In this document: positions 37,236 to 53,129 of the stretch, in pieces | Position numbering within the stretch: the stretch's first letter is position 1 | Layout: each line of letters starts with the position of its first letter | From: the human T2T-CHM13v2.0 reference genome, Homo sapiens | Length of the DNA: 64,000 nt | Reading direction: 5' to 3' (one strand) | Assembly: GCF_009914755.1 (NCBI RefSeq) | Contig: NC_060944.1 | Notes under the pieces: model-generated | The model's database searches: none | What the model saw: only the letters and a program-made list of their open reading frames with translations | Told to the model about the DNA's origin: nothing | Made by a program: the position numbers and the translations under genes

Positions 37236-37856
37236 TGTAACTGCCCCATGGGTTAGTCCTGCCCATGGCACAGACAAAACCAACTCACTGAGACTACAGC
37301 ATTGCCATAAAGAAAGACAAAAGGCCAGCCATGCCATGTGGGAGATGGAGTTATTACTCAAACCAATCTCCCTGAAAGTTTGGCAGGCAAGAGAATGGAG
37401 GTGTGGAAAGTGGTCCTCTTCTGAGTGAGGCCACAGGATGTTTGGCAGGTTCAGGTGGAGCCATCATCCTCAGAAATGAAAAAAACTAAAAAGATATCCC
37501 AAAAGGCCAGTCTTAGGTTCTACAATAATGATGTTATCTGCAGGAATAATTGGGGAGTTGCAAATCTTGTGACCTCCAGAAAAATGGCTGATAATCATTT
37601 ATGTCTACACCTTAGCAGAATCCAGTCTCCTCTTTCTCCTGATCTGATTCTTTCATTAGCTTCCCAAAGGCAGTTTAGTTTGGGGAAGGGCTATTATCAT
37701 TAAACTATAAATTAAATGTCTCCCAAAGTTGGTTTGGCCCAGGCCCAGGAGTGATTAAGGGCAGTTTGGAGGTTAAAGGCAAGCTGAGGGTTGGTTAGGT
37801 CAGATCTTTCACTGTCATAATTTTTTCACTGTTATAATTTTTCAAAGGCAGTTTCA
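37236..37856 (-). mobile_element. LTR49/LTR8-family ERV1 solo LTR
   Basis: Minus-strand start TGAAACTGCCTTTGAAAAATTATAAC; TSD aaga. Confidence 0.82.
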
Positions 37857-38347
37857 AAGATGGCTGGAGCTCCTGTGCCAACCTGTGACCCTGAGGATGG
37901 AGAAGCAGCAAGAGTCTGGGTCCCTAAAGCACTGGAGGGCTGACTTCCTGGCTTGTTTTCTGTAAGAGAATAACCCCCTAATATATTTAGGTTGCAGTAT
38001 TTGGATCTCTATGAAAAGTGCTAACCCACTTGCTAATGGATATGATTGGCATTGAAGGATCTCCAGACTTGACTCCAATCTTCCCTTCTGGCATTTACAT
38101 CACATATTATTTCTCAGTCCTAGCTCGAGCTACTCTCCAATCGGGACTCCTACCAAATTCCCATCCAGGTTTACCAACAGGCAAATTCCAATGATCCATC
38201 TTCTACTTCCTCCCAAAGAAAGTGTACCATCCAGAACTATTGCTTCTTTCACCCAGCATTTTTGCATAGGTTTAAGGATGTAAGTTCTGATATCAGACTC
38301 TTTGGTTCTACTTCTGACTACCTATGAGATCTAGAGTCGGTGTTGAG

Positions 38348-39595
38348 TGTAACTGCCCAACAGGTTCTCCTTGCCAGCTGCCTAGGCAGCCAATTTATCA
38401 AGACAGGAGAACTGCAATAGAGAAAAAGTAATTCACGCAGAGCCGGCTGTTTGAGAGACCAGAATTTTATTATTACTCAAATCAGTCTCCCTGAGCATTC
38501 AGGGATAAGAGTTTTTAAGGATAAGTTGGTGGGTGGTGGAGCCAGTGAGTCAGGAGTGCTGATTGGTTGGGTCAGAGATGCAATCATAGGGAGTCAAAGC
38601 TGTCCTCCTGGGCTGAGTCAGTTCCTGGGTGCAGACCATAAGATCAGATGAGCCAGTTTATCGATCTGGATGGTGCCTGCTGATCCACCAAGTGCAGTGT
38701 CTGCAAAATAAGTGAGGGTACAGAAGTCCTTGGTAAGGTTTTCCTTTTAATGAAAAGCAGCCCCAAATTATTTTCCTTTCTAACAAAGAACAGCCTGTAA
38801 AATCAACAAAAAGAGCAGACACAGATGCCAGCACTTGTGCCAATCATGTTCAAGATGGTGGCTCCATCTTCCTTCTCTTTGTCAGCCACGTGTACAGTAA
38901 GGAGCAGACAAGATGGTGCCAGCCAAGGAGAAAGTTTATTAGCATAATAAGATTAGTGTGGGGCAGCCAGCCTTCTTCGCATACTGTGTAAATGTCATAA
39001 CTGATGGAATCAATCTGTGAGCCTTATGTAAATTAGGCGCCTGACTATAAAATCCAGCACATCCACCGCCAGCCTGCCTTTTCCTCTAGGAAGTCCCCTC
39101 TTTCTTGCTAGAGAGAGAGTTATGTTCCTCTCTGTTTCTTTCTCTTTCTTTTGCCTATTAAACCTTCGCTCCTAAACTTTTTGTGTGTGTCAGTGTCCTA
39201 AATTTTCTTGGCGCCAGATGACAAACCGCGGGTATTTACCCCAGACAACGTAGCTGCTTCAAGGTTATCCTCAGGAGCAATTTGGGGAGGGTCAGAATCT
39301 TGTAGCCTTGAGCTGCATGACTCCTAACCCATAATTTCTAATATTTTGGCTAATTTTTTAGTCCTACAAAGGCAGTCTAGTCTCCAGGAAAGAAGGAGGT
39401 TTGTGTGGGGAAAGGGCTGTTATCATCTTTGTTTTAAACTATAAACTGTAAACAAAGTTTCTCCCAAAGTTATTTTGGCTTATGCCCGGGAATGAACAAG
39501 GGCAGCTTAGAGGTTAGAAGCAAGATATTGTTGATTTGTTGATTAGGTCAGGTCTCTTTTACTGTCTCAGTTATAATTTTGTAATAGTGGTTTAA
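38348..39595 (-). mobile_element. LTR8A-like ERV1 solo LTR containing a nested LTR
   Basis: 'ttattactcaaatcagtctccctgagcatt' and 'ctgtctcagttataatttt'; TSD tgag. Confidence 0.85.
38713..39261 (+). mobile_element. LTR9-family ERV1 solo LTR nested in LTR8A
   Basis: TG...CA; end 'gggtatttaccccagacaacgtagctgcttca'; TATAAAA and ATTAAA signals. Confidence 0.75.
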
Positions 39596-39977
39596 TGAGG
39601 ACAATGAACATCATAAACTCATTGCAAGGATACAGATTGTATTACCCCAATTTGGAGAGTAGACGATGCTTAGAACTGAGAAACCCAGACAAGGCACTTA
39701 TAACCCCATTTCCACAAAACATTGGCACTCCATCCGAAAAAGTTTTAGGAGACACACCATTTATCTGCTTTGAGTTTCCTTTATACAAAGCAATGGTTTA
39801 TTGAGATTTGGGAATAATGAGAGGAAAAAGGGAAGGTTTAATATTTTTAATGGCTTCAATTTTTTAAAACGTTTATCTCAAGAGAATACATGGTTATCAA
39901 TGCACTGAAAATCGTCCATGAACTGGTAAGAAAACCTAAACTCATGTGTTTTCATAGACGCTAGCATACAATTTTTC

Positions 39978-40264
39978 TTTTTTTTTTTTTTTTTGAGACA
40001 GAGTCTGGCTCTGTCGCCCAGGCTGGAGTGCAGTGGCGCAATCTCGGCTCACTGCAAGCTCCGCCTCCCAGGTTCATGCCATTTTCCTACCTCAGCCTCT
40101 CCGAGTAGCTGGGACTACAGGCGCTCGCCACCACGCCCGACTAATTTTTTGTATTTTCAGTAGAGACGGGGTTTCACCGTGGTCTCGATCTCCTGACCTC
40201 GTGATCCGCCCGCCTCGGCCTCCCAAAGTGCTGGGATTACAAGCGTGAGCCACCACGCCCAGCC
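39978..40264 (-). mobile_element. AluY of the Yd3/Yc3 type
   Basis: 12-bp left-arm deletion, 'cacgcttgtaatc' and 'tcggagaggctg' variants on the minus strand; TSD agcata(c/t)aatttttct. Confidence 0.93.
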
Positions 40265-40816
40265 AGCATATAATTTTTCTGTTAAAATGAATAGTGCATT
40301 CGCTGTGACCAATACTGGGATAATAGCTCCTACCTTTTTGTGTGTTGCCAGCATCTAGCTACTTTATTGCATTTTCAAATGTCCAAACTCATTTTCTCAA
40401 TTTTCCTTAACACAAGAGCAGATAAGCAAGGAGGCAGTAATATACTTTCATTCAGCAGCTTCTGCAGAGGCAGGGTCTGGAAGCAGCTCCCTGGGATGCC
40501 ACGTAAGCTACTCCATCGCTCTGAGTCACAGTGATGGAGGACTTGGACGAGATGGATTTTGTCAGGTTCCTTCCAGACATAGGAATTTAAAGACATGATA
40601 ATTTGAAGATGTTACCTAAGTCCCCAGGAAGAGAAAGAGCTTTCATAAACAATGTAATCATGGGAGTAATTCCTCCAGGGATCACAAGGACTTGGCTCTA
40701 CCTGCTGACCTTTTTCTGTTTGATCTTTCACTCCACTAAGAGAATCCATTATCTATAGAAAAGAAGCCACTTTCCTTAGAGTCATTGGGTGAATCATTGC
40801 TCCAGTGAATGGTTAC

Positions 40817-41296
40817 TGTGATGGGTAATTCTGGGTGTCAACTTGACTGGACCACAGGATGCCCAAATAAACACTGTTTCTGGGTGTGTTTGAGGCTGTT
40901 TCCAGAAGAGAATAGCATTTGAATGGGTGGGCTGAGTCAAGCAGACGGGCCTTCCCAATGTAGGTGTGCATCGTTCAATCCATTGAGGACCTGGACAGAA
41001 CAAAAGGCAGAGGAAGGAGGAATTTGCTCCCTTTTTTCCTGCCTAACTGCTTGAGCTGGGACACCTCATCTCCCTTCTCCTGCTCTCAGACCGGAACTTA
41101 TACCATTGGCTCCCCTGGTCCTCAGGTGTGGACTAAATTATCCCATGGGCTTTCCTGGTCCTCCAGCTTCTGTGGGACTTCTCAGCCTCCATAAGCACGT
41201 GGTGAACCAATTCCTCGTAGTAATTTCTTTTTCTTCTGTTTGGTTCTTATCAGTTTTCCTATCGGTTCTGTTTCTCTGGAGAACTTGACCAATATA
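40817..41296 (+). mobile_element. MLT2C/D ERVL solo LTR
   Basis: 'tgtgatgggtaatt...tgtcaacttgactgg' to 'ggttctgtttctctggagaac'. Confidence 0.88.
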
Positions 41297-41365
41297 GCCT
41301 CAATGCTCTATTTTCTAAAAAAATTGAAATTTAAAAAAGTTCAGTTTGATAATTAAAAGTCCCTC

Positions 41366-41889
41366 TGAGACAGAGTAGGAATGGGGCTTGGCTTCAACTC
41401 ACTCCCGCTAGAGCATTCTTTCACTCATCTCCACGATTGCAAAACCTACACCACTACCTCACTGATGTCATTATCTCTGAACCATGCCTTTTACTTAAAG
41501 AATTCCAGGAACTGGCCTTGGGAGATCACCAAGGTTGCGGAGTGTCCCAGCTTGGGAAGGAATGCTAAACAACTGATTTACAGACTTGCTGCCTTCTGCC
41601 AGACCAGCAGGGGGTCCATTACTCAGGATAACCCCAGCAACCAGATAATGCCTACCTGCATACCCTACTCCGGCTGTCAACTCCTGTGCTTTGCCTAATA
41701 AAAAAGCCCTACAGGCTCTTGTCAGAAAGTCAGCCAGGGAATTCTCCCTCTCTCTCTCAATCTCTCTCTCTCTCATTGTCTCCCTTATGTCCAGGCATAA
41801 GCTCCAATGAGGCCTTGTCTGGAAAAAGTCTTCTGGCCTCACCTCAATCTCTAACATATTGAGAGCCCAAGAGCCTGTGCTCAGTAACA
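41366..41889 (+). mobile_element. LTR35-like ERV1 solo LTR
   Basis: TGAGACAGAGTAGG...GTAACA; TSD cctc. Confidence 0.8.
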
Positions 41890-42130
41890 CCTCTAACGCA
41901 AAGATAAGGTTAGATCTTAAAAATAGGGTGAAAACATGAGGCAATTAACTTTTAGTAATGTCTTCATAATGTTTTCTTTAAATTTTTACCAATTTTCCAT
42001 TTTATTATGATCCTCTGTAATATGTACCAATCAATTAACATAACCTCATTTTACTCAAAATAAATATGTTTTATAGACAGAAATTCAGTGTCTTTCTTTG
42101 TCTTTTTAATTTGTCATGTCCTAATACAGG

Positions 42131-43000
42131 TATAAAACAAAAAGTATCTGAGACAAGTTTTAATGAATTTAAATGTTTATTTTGCCACAATGGTGGATGT
42201 GCCCCTGACACAGCCCCAGGAAGTCCTGAGAACACACGCCCAAGATGGTTGGGTTACTGGGTTACTGCTTGATTTTATACACTTTAGGAGGGACAGAAAT
42301 TACAAGCAGACATCAATTAGTATGTGTAAGGTGTACATTGGCTCAGTTCAGAAAGGTAGGACAACTTGAAGGATGGGGAGCTTTCAGGTTATAGGTGGAT
42401 TCAAAGGTTTTCTGATTAGCAATTGGTTGAAAGAGTTAAGTTATTATCTAAAGACCTGGAATCAACAGAAAGGAATGTCTGGGTTAAGATACGGGATTGT
42501 GGAGACTAAGACTTTTATTATGAAGATGAAGTCTCTAAGTAGTAGGCCTCAGAGAGAGACATGTGAATATTTCTTATCAGACTTCCAGGTGCCAGACTCC
42601 TAGTTAGTCTCTCCTGCATCAGGAAAAGACCTGGAAAGGGAAGGGGGATTCTCTACAGGATGTAGATTTCCCCCCAAAGAGACAGCTTTGCCAGACGTCA
42701 AAGAAATATATTTCAGGGTAAAATGCTTTGATTTATTTCAGGGCCTGCTATCTGTCATTTTGTGGTGTATTGCATTGCTACAAAGAGTCTGTTTGGTCAG
42801 TCTTAAGATGTCTGTTTTAATGTTAAAGCTGGTCAGTTCCGCATAAATTCCAACAGGAGGAGAGTATAGTGAGGCATGTCTGACCACTCTTCCCATCATG
42901 GCCTGAACTTGTTTTTCGGGTTTGCCTTGGAATGCCCTTGGCCAATGGTGGGGAAGTCCATTCAATTTGTTGCAGGGCTTAATTTTATTTTTGGTTTACA
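42131..43000 (-). mobile_element. MER4D/E-like ERV1 solo LTR
   Basis: Minus-strand start TGTAAACCAAAAATAAAATT; TSD cagg. Confidence 0.88.
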
Positions 43001-43529
43001 CAGGGCTGTGTATACAATAAATTCTCAGTAAATCCTTGGGAACAAATGAGTTGTTAAATCTCACTCCTGAATTAATACCTTTCATACAACAGACTTAAAA
43101 GTACTAACAATGTAAATGAATCTCATGTCACTTTCATAAGCAACCTCAGCCTGTTTAACAGGTAGATAGTATGAACATCATGTTGGGGCTCAGTATATAT
43201 CACACCAAAATATGACTGTAGAGAGTTTCCTTAGGCCAGAAATCAAGTCAGTGTTCAAGATTTTAAGTGTACTGAGATGATTTCATTTACTTAAGTTTTT
43301 CTTAATGCAATCTGCTGAGAAACAGGTGGTAATTTGGGAGTTCAAGGTTGTCATTAAGTTTTTCACTTACTTTTAACTCCCTTATAAGTAATAATAGAAA
43401 TAAGTCATCACATTCATGGAAATTCATTCCTGTGCTTTACTTAATCACACATAAGCCTTTGCTGACTTAAAAAAAAAAAAAAGCAAGTGACCTGCTATAT
43501 ATGTTTATCTCCTGTGGCTGCTAACATCC

Positions 43530-43993
43530 TGTTAAACGAAAATTATGGGCGCCCATCACTTTAGACTGAACTTCCTACACTAGGCCCCAGCAGAACACAC
43601 AAAATCAAAACAAAGTCACTCACACAAAATGCCACAGAGTCAAACTGGAACTTTAAGGAAGGAGATAGATCCCCTAACAGACCAGACCAGTTTTTTACTG
43701 AAAACAGGAGATTCTAGTCTACCTGAGTGAGTGTAATAAAAATGGTCCCTTTGCTTTAACCTTTACAGAAAAAAGTAATCCGAAATAACCTGAAGTAACC
43801 TGACAATAACCAGTCAGCATTTTTTCCTATGGTTTTGTCTCCCTAGTCTACCTTACAAAACCCACTGTTCTGCCATTGCTCAGTGGGAACTCTCATTCTG
43901 TTTTGTAGGATGGAGGCCACCCCTATTCATGAATTGCAAATAAAAGCCAATTAAATCTGTAAAGAAATTTGTCATCATTTCTGCCTTTTGAAA
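43530..43993 (+). mobile_element. MER31-like ERV1 solo LTR
   Basis: 'tgttaaa...aattatg...cactaggcccca'; AATAAA; TSD atc(c/t). Confidence 0.8.
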
Positions 43994-44423
43994 ATCTAAT
44001 GGAAACAAAAGTTTAATAGTGCAAAAAGAAGTAAACCCATAAAGATAAAGAGACCTGAGGGTTATGGATGAGTAGAAGAGAGATCCCAACAAATTTCTGG
44101 GAAAATTTCAGTATGGGAAATGTGTTGGCTGGCAAAACAGAGCGGACAGAGCAGCTCGGATGATGTTAAGATATTGTGTGAATTCCAAGACTGGCTCCAG
44201 TTTTGGAGTTGGCAGGCATTGGAGGGAGTGAGGAATGGGCTGAAAACGGTGGGAATGACAGAGTGTTTGCACAACTGCTCCCAGGGGTCTTATTTGCATG
44301 TTCAGAATTCCCATCAGAAGCTGAGAAGCCTCTAAAGAAGTTGAATGTACAGGGAAGGGTATGTTCTCTTGAGTGGAGGTTGGTACCTCTCAAAGAAAGC
44401 CTTCCTGACTCTGGTGTCTTCAG

Positions 44424-45278
<855 letters not shown>

Positions 45279-45593
45279 AGAGGGTGTGGCAAAAGTCCCA
45301 CACCTACTCAATTGTATCATGAGGGTCCTGACACTCAAGTTAGAATAATGTAAGGAGGGTGTATTTACAAGGTACTCTACCAGACTCCTCTGATGCACCA
45401 ATTCCGATCCTTTGGGCCTCACCTGTCTTGTGGTCCGGCCACTGCTGCAGTGATCAACTGCCTTTTTTGCTGGTGCAGTCCAGCAAGGTGTGTAGCCAGG
45501 CCTTATGAGCTTGCAAGAGCTAAACACAACCATTATTAAAAAATAAGTGATATAAATTTATAATTAAATAAATTACATTAAAAAGGAAGATAA

Positions 45594-45965
<372 letters not shown>

Positions 45966-46072
45966 GTGCTCTTGAGCTATTTACATCTATTGAATCATCT
46001 TTTCAAGTTATCTTCAGAGTCAGTATGTTGGTAGCTTGAAATCAGCTATGGTGAATATTTATACCATAGAAA

Positions 46073-46823
<751 letters not shown>

Positions 46824-46874
46824 GGAATAGGAGAGCCAGTTGTCGAACGTTTACCGCACTACACTGGTGCAATC

Positions 46875-47274
46875 TGTCAGCACCTCCCCTCCTACCCGGA
46901 AGCACAACTTTTCCGTCCTGTCCTGAGGATCCATACTGAGTTATGGGACACCATGCAGTCATGCCCAGGGCTCACCACATGGGGGAGTTAATTCCTTGTG
47001 GAGCTAATATTTGACAAATAAGAAACGAGAGCTGGTGGATTAATTCTTGCCTCTTCCCGGCTCCCCACCGCAGACGGTCCTACTTACAACGCAGCTCAGA
47101 GCACAGTTCTGTTGCATTGAGCTATCCCCTGCACTTAGCAGCAGCCTGTCCCTCACACCTCCTAGGATGGCTCTCCCTCCTCTTCCCATTCTCTTATTCC
47201 TCTGCTCTGAGATCGAACTCCCTTTAACAATAGCACATTCAGGCTTTGCGTTCTAGGGAAGTCAGGGTAAGACA
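46875..47274 (+). mobile_element. Old ERVL LTR (LTR16/LTR67-like); its 5' stub probably lies at ~45445-45480
   Basis: Tail 'caggctttgcgttctagggaagtcagggtaagaca'. Confidence 0.55.
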
Positions 47275-47759
47275 GGACCTAATGTGGAAAGTGAGTGTGG
47301 TTGGGAAGAGCAAGGGATTGTGTAGGAACCTGAAGCCAGCAACACGGAGGCTGTCACAACCCCTGGCTTGAAGAGACAAGGGCAGGGAGCATTTAGCAAA
47401 AACCAGATGGGGAGAAAGTCATCTTAAAATGATCTGAGGCCTTCCATTGTGGGGCACAGACAGGAAGGTAGGAAAGGAAATATCCAGTCCACAGCCTGTC
47501 CCCTCCCTCACCCTCTCACCAGGGAGCCTCATTCACTGGACATAATTTGGAGCCAGGGGACAGAGATGGGCTGGGGTGGGGCAGGAATGGGAGAAGAGTG
47601 GCTGGAAGGACAAATGGAAATTGTTTATCACATTGTCCTCGAGCAAAATCTACTAATTAGCATTCCCAGTTGCCAGTCACGCCTTTCACTCGGGAGAGAG
47701 GCTGGTCAGATTATGCAGTGGCACCCAGGGAGACATCAGCTGTGCGAAGAATGAGAGGG

Positions 47760-48150
47760 GCCAAAACAAACTAAGAAAAAACAAATTCTGGAAGAAACAA
47801 AGGTAATTTAGAGAACACAAAAGAACTCGAAAACAAACCTATTACCTCAATTCAACATGGACAGCATCTGGTGAATAAAAGGAACGCTCAAATAAGAAAG
47901 AGTTCTTAGAAATTAAAAAAAAATGATTAGAGAAATATGAAATTCAACAGAGGGACTAGAAGCTAAAGCAGAAAAAGTCTTCCAGTTCCTCAGGCAAAAC
48001 CACAGAAACCGCAGACCATAAAGATGAGCCATGGAAGTTTAATTCAAGATATTAGCCCAGAACGAGAGACCAAAAAATACTGAAGGAATAATTCTGGGAA
48101 AAAAAAAAGTGTTTATAGAAGAAAATGCTCCAGGGCTGAGTATCTACATC
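47760..48150 (+). mobile_element. Old L1/HAL1 ORF1-region fragment (resumes ~51140-51220)
   Basis: A-rich 'agagttcttagaaattaaaa...aattcaacagagggactagaagctaaag'; later 'agagaagattctacaggcctccagagagaaaaaa'. Confidence 0.55.
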
Positions 48151-48976
48151 TTGCAGAGAGCTAGACTTTGTCTCCCTTTATCGACAAGTGCTTGGACGCT
48201 GCCTTCAGGGTCTGGGTGTAACCTGGGCGAAGCAGCTCCCTCCAGCCCCGGGCAATTCCTGGAGAGGGATTAGGAGTTCACCATCAGCAACAAGTAGTTT
48301 GGGTAACAGGGAAAGAGGCTTGGGACCTGAAAGGGGTGCATCACAGCATCCACCACATCCACCCCTTGGGCACCACTAGAATCCAGCTGCTTTGAATAGA
48401 CGTTTATCCTCTGTGGGAACAGCTCGTCCAGGATGGTGGCTGGGCATTTTTATTGGAGAAACATAGAACAGAAAGGATATTGACATACATTGTAATCCCC
48501 ATGACTGCATTCAGCCCCGAGGCTGTAGCTGATTCTCATTATCTCCTCTTCTATTTTACTCCATCTTTATACCCTCACCTCTTGCCTCTAGTGCCTCTGC
48601 TGGCCTAGGTGGCTTATCTGGGAGAGTAACCCAGACCTTCATCCCTGAGGAGAGCAAGCCCTGGCCACAGTCTTTCACAGGCGTGGCTGCTGCATTTGTT
48701 CATTTCCATCAAAATTGGGCGGGTGTTGGGAACCAAGAGATGCTCTGGCCGATCACGTGGGGGCCTGACCTATTGTTCTGCAACAGCAGCCCTGCCTCCT
48801 CCTGAGGAATGTGGATAATTTGCCTGCCAGCAAGGTGACTCTTTTTCTTGTCTGCTGGTCGCTTGGCAAGAGGAACCCAAAGTGATAAGGCAGCAGCAAT
48901 AGCTTAAATGTAGTAGGACTCACACGGTTTCTCCTGGAAGAAGTGTTACCCCTCTAGGAACTGGGATCTTATAGAC

Positions 48977-49471
<495 letters not shown>

Positions 49472-51814
49472 CTCTGTATCATCAGAACCTAAAGCTGCAG
49501 AGTACAATGCCCAAACTCCCCACCTGGGTCACTGGAGGTGATGGTGAGTAGGGCCACGCCTTAATATCCATGCCTTGGCTCTATCAATAGGGGACATGGC
49601 ACCATGCCATGGTCTTTGATTCAGGGCATATACTACATCCCAGAGAATGCCACCCTATACTGGAAGGGCATCATCTCCAAACTGGAGCCCCAGCTGTGCC
49701 TTCAGAAGGCTCTGGCATCACTTTCTCAGGCATCAGCTTGTGAGTGCTGCAGAGAGGACTACTAGACCCATGACCAAGTATCCCTCCTCTGCTGCGAAGT
49801 GGGTTGCTTGATCCGAGGTGGTGGTGAGTAAGCGGAGCTCCATGTTGGTGGATCAAATATTATAAGATGGATTGTGGTGCTGGCCAACACTCTACAGGCA
49901 GGGAAGCAGAATGTGTGTTGCCTCCAAGCAAGATGAATTGCTCCCCCTTCCAGAGTGAAGGGATCCAGTGTCATCAACTCGCCACCAACTCTTTCATCGG
50001 TCACTTTGAAAGATTAGGGGTTTGACTTTGGTTTCTGTGGCTCGCAAATTGGCCCTTTGGCTGTGGCAGTGGCTCAGCCTTGGCGAGCTGGAGCTCTTCT
50101 GTCTGGCACATGCAGAGCCTCCACCCCTGCCACCATGGCCTTTCCCTTTGTGAGCCCGTTGTGCCAGCACTGGGACAACCGATGGCAGAGGCTAGAACAG
50201 ACAGCAGCTGACCGAGCCGTTCTCTCTCCTTGGCTGTGTGAAGCCTTTTCTGGGTTGTTTGCTCTCTGGCGGATATTAACATCTGTGCCAGGATCTTCAC
50301 TGGGTGCCAACTTCCATAGACACAGTCACATGTCTCTTCCCCTCCGTGTTCTCAACCTTCCTCCTTCCAGGCCCTGACGAGCCCATCAAATCACACAAGA
50401 CTGCCCAGGAGCCAATGTGGAGTCTGATTTCAGGATACTTCTCTTTCTACACTGCCTGAAGCCCTGCCCACTGCGAGAGCTTCCCCATTACCGCCGTCTC
50501 TCATGACCACCCTGAATGAGGCGGCCAGAGTACATCTGCAGCCAGTTTTTATTTTGTGCCCACATTTCAAGCTCACTCACCCCTGCACCAAGCTTAACCT
50601 TTCCCCTCCTCTGTCAGGTGATCACAAGGGACTCTCCCATGTGCCTCTGAGTGCGATCTGAGGGAAGGGCGCTGGTGTGGGGGTGATGGCACATGGGAGT
50701 GTGGGTCACAGCTCCATCACCAAATCGTTCCTCTCCTCATGTTCCTGCCCCTCGTTTATGTTGTGACTTGACCCTGGTTCTTGCTCTGGAATCCAGGAGG
50801 GAGGTGGGGACACAGCCTAGGGCAGGGATGTGCATGTTGTCTGGCAAGATAAAGGCTCAAGTGATCCCACAGGGAGCTCTGGAGCTAGGATGTCCCTTTG
50901 GCATCATCCTGAATTGAGGTGAGAGGACTGGCCCTTTTCCCTCCATATTGTCCAGACATTGGCTGCAAGCTGCCTCCCGAGAGAGTCGCCACAACCTTGG
51001 CCAGGGTAGTCAATGCCCAGAGAAGCTCTCAGCTGTGAGCTGTGAGCAATGGCTCTCCCAGCAGCTGGGGGTGTGAGTGCCTCGCTCCAGAAGGGAGATC
51101 TAACTCTAGAATTCACCCAGCGCTCTGCTCTGTTCAGCCGCCAATAATACAGAGAAGATTCTACAGGCCTCCAGAGAGAAAAAAGAGGACTTAGAAAAAA
51201 ATAAAATTAGAAAACAACATTTTATTTTTAAAAAAATTCCTTCCTTTTGTAAATGTTTGCTAAAATCATCCCTTAATCAGTTAAGGGATCAATTCAAAGA
51301 CTACTGGTTGAGGTAGTACTAATTCTACTGTGTCAAAAACAACTCGCTTTACTAAAGTAAGCCTTGTAGGGGTAGGATTTGGGGTTGTCCTGTACAACTA
51401 ACTGCTCCCTGGAGTCCTCTACTTCCCCTCAAAGGAGAAAAAATAAGAACGAGAAAAAGAGCAGAGGCGGTACAGAGGAAGGATCACTCTGAAATGAGCA
51501 GAGGAACGCGTGGACCATGCAAGACTGTGGGGCTCCCCGTGGATCGCCCCGAAGTGCTCTGAATACCAAGCAATTCTTCAAAGTCTTATCACAAGACAGT
51601 GACCATCATGTATAGACAGCTTACATTTGTTGAGTAGGAAAGTGTCCCAGGGCCTGCTCCCTGCTCTGCCACACGTGGAGGCCCAGGGCTGGGGCTGTGT
51701 TCTGTGGGAGAAATCCGCGGGGTCGAGCTGGTGGGGAGACGCCTGGTAGGGCGAGGCGTTTGGTTTACTCTTGTGACTTTGGTCAACGCTCTGCAGGTTT
51801 GGCCGGCTCTTCTC

Positions 51815-51830
51815 TAGCGCCCTCTGCTGG
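51815..51830 (-). promoter_or_regulatory. CTCF binding motif
   Basis: Minus strand reads CCAGCAGAGGGCGCTA, matching the core consensus CCASYAGRKGGCRS; lies in a CpG-retaining unique patch. Confidence 0.7.
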
Positions 51831-52254
51831 AAAACGTCAGGAACTCTGTATTGAAAATACGTAATGAATATTTTTCAGTTTTTGGGCTTTTCTAGTGGGG
51901 AATTCCAGGTGCTCTCTCCAAAGCCCAGAGCCTCCCCAAGAGGAGCAGCTTTTACGAGACATTCTAGAAGGCAGAGAGGAGAATTCTGCTTCAGTCTGGT
52001 CTGAGAGGGGCCTGGGAGCCTCTCTGGTGGGTAAGAACCCAACTCTGGCACTGTCCCCCGCTGAGACTGTGAGCTGCGAGGGAGGCCGGGGTGCAGGCCT
52101 GCCTCCAGCGTGATTAGCTGTCTCAGGGGACAAATTCATCCCCAAGTACACCGTGAGGGGTTTCTGCCTCTCTTCCCATCTTGCTTTGAGGGTGGTAACA
52201 AGATTTATTCTTGAAATTGAAGGGGCTAAGTATTTTATACCAAACCTATAATTT

Positions 52255-52893
<639 letters not shown>

Positions 52894-53129
52894 TGACAAG
52901 TGCTGTTCTATAGAACGCTCACTTGAAATTATGCACAGGGAACTTTTTGCTCAAAACAAAAGATCCCCATGTTCAAATATGACTCCTATGGAATGTGCTT
53001 GCGTGCCTCCTCTGGAGACTGTAAGCTTCAGGTGGAAGCTTGGAACTTAGGATTTCATTATTCTGTGGACGCAGGGATCAGTGGATGGATAGGAGGACAA
53101 ACAAATGACACATTCCTTTTTTTTCTTTT

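Larger units (their letters stand above)
36585..38040 (+). mobile_element. MLT1J-like LTR split into three pieces by two ERV1 LTRs
   Basis: Colinear pieces 'cattttccagcctcccttgcag' / 'gaatgcagacaaga' / 'tggctggagctcc...tgtgaccctgagg'. Confidence 0.65.

Noticed and set aside
41623-41640. CTCF-like CCAGCAGGGGGTCC in the LTR35-like element
   Set aside because: It mismatches the conserved GGCG end of the core.
47556-47591. G-quadruplex motif
   Set aside because: A common motif inside a probable old LTR fragment, with no other support.
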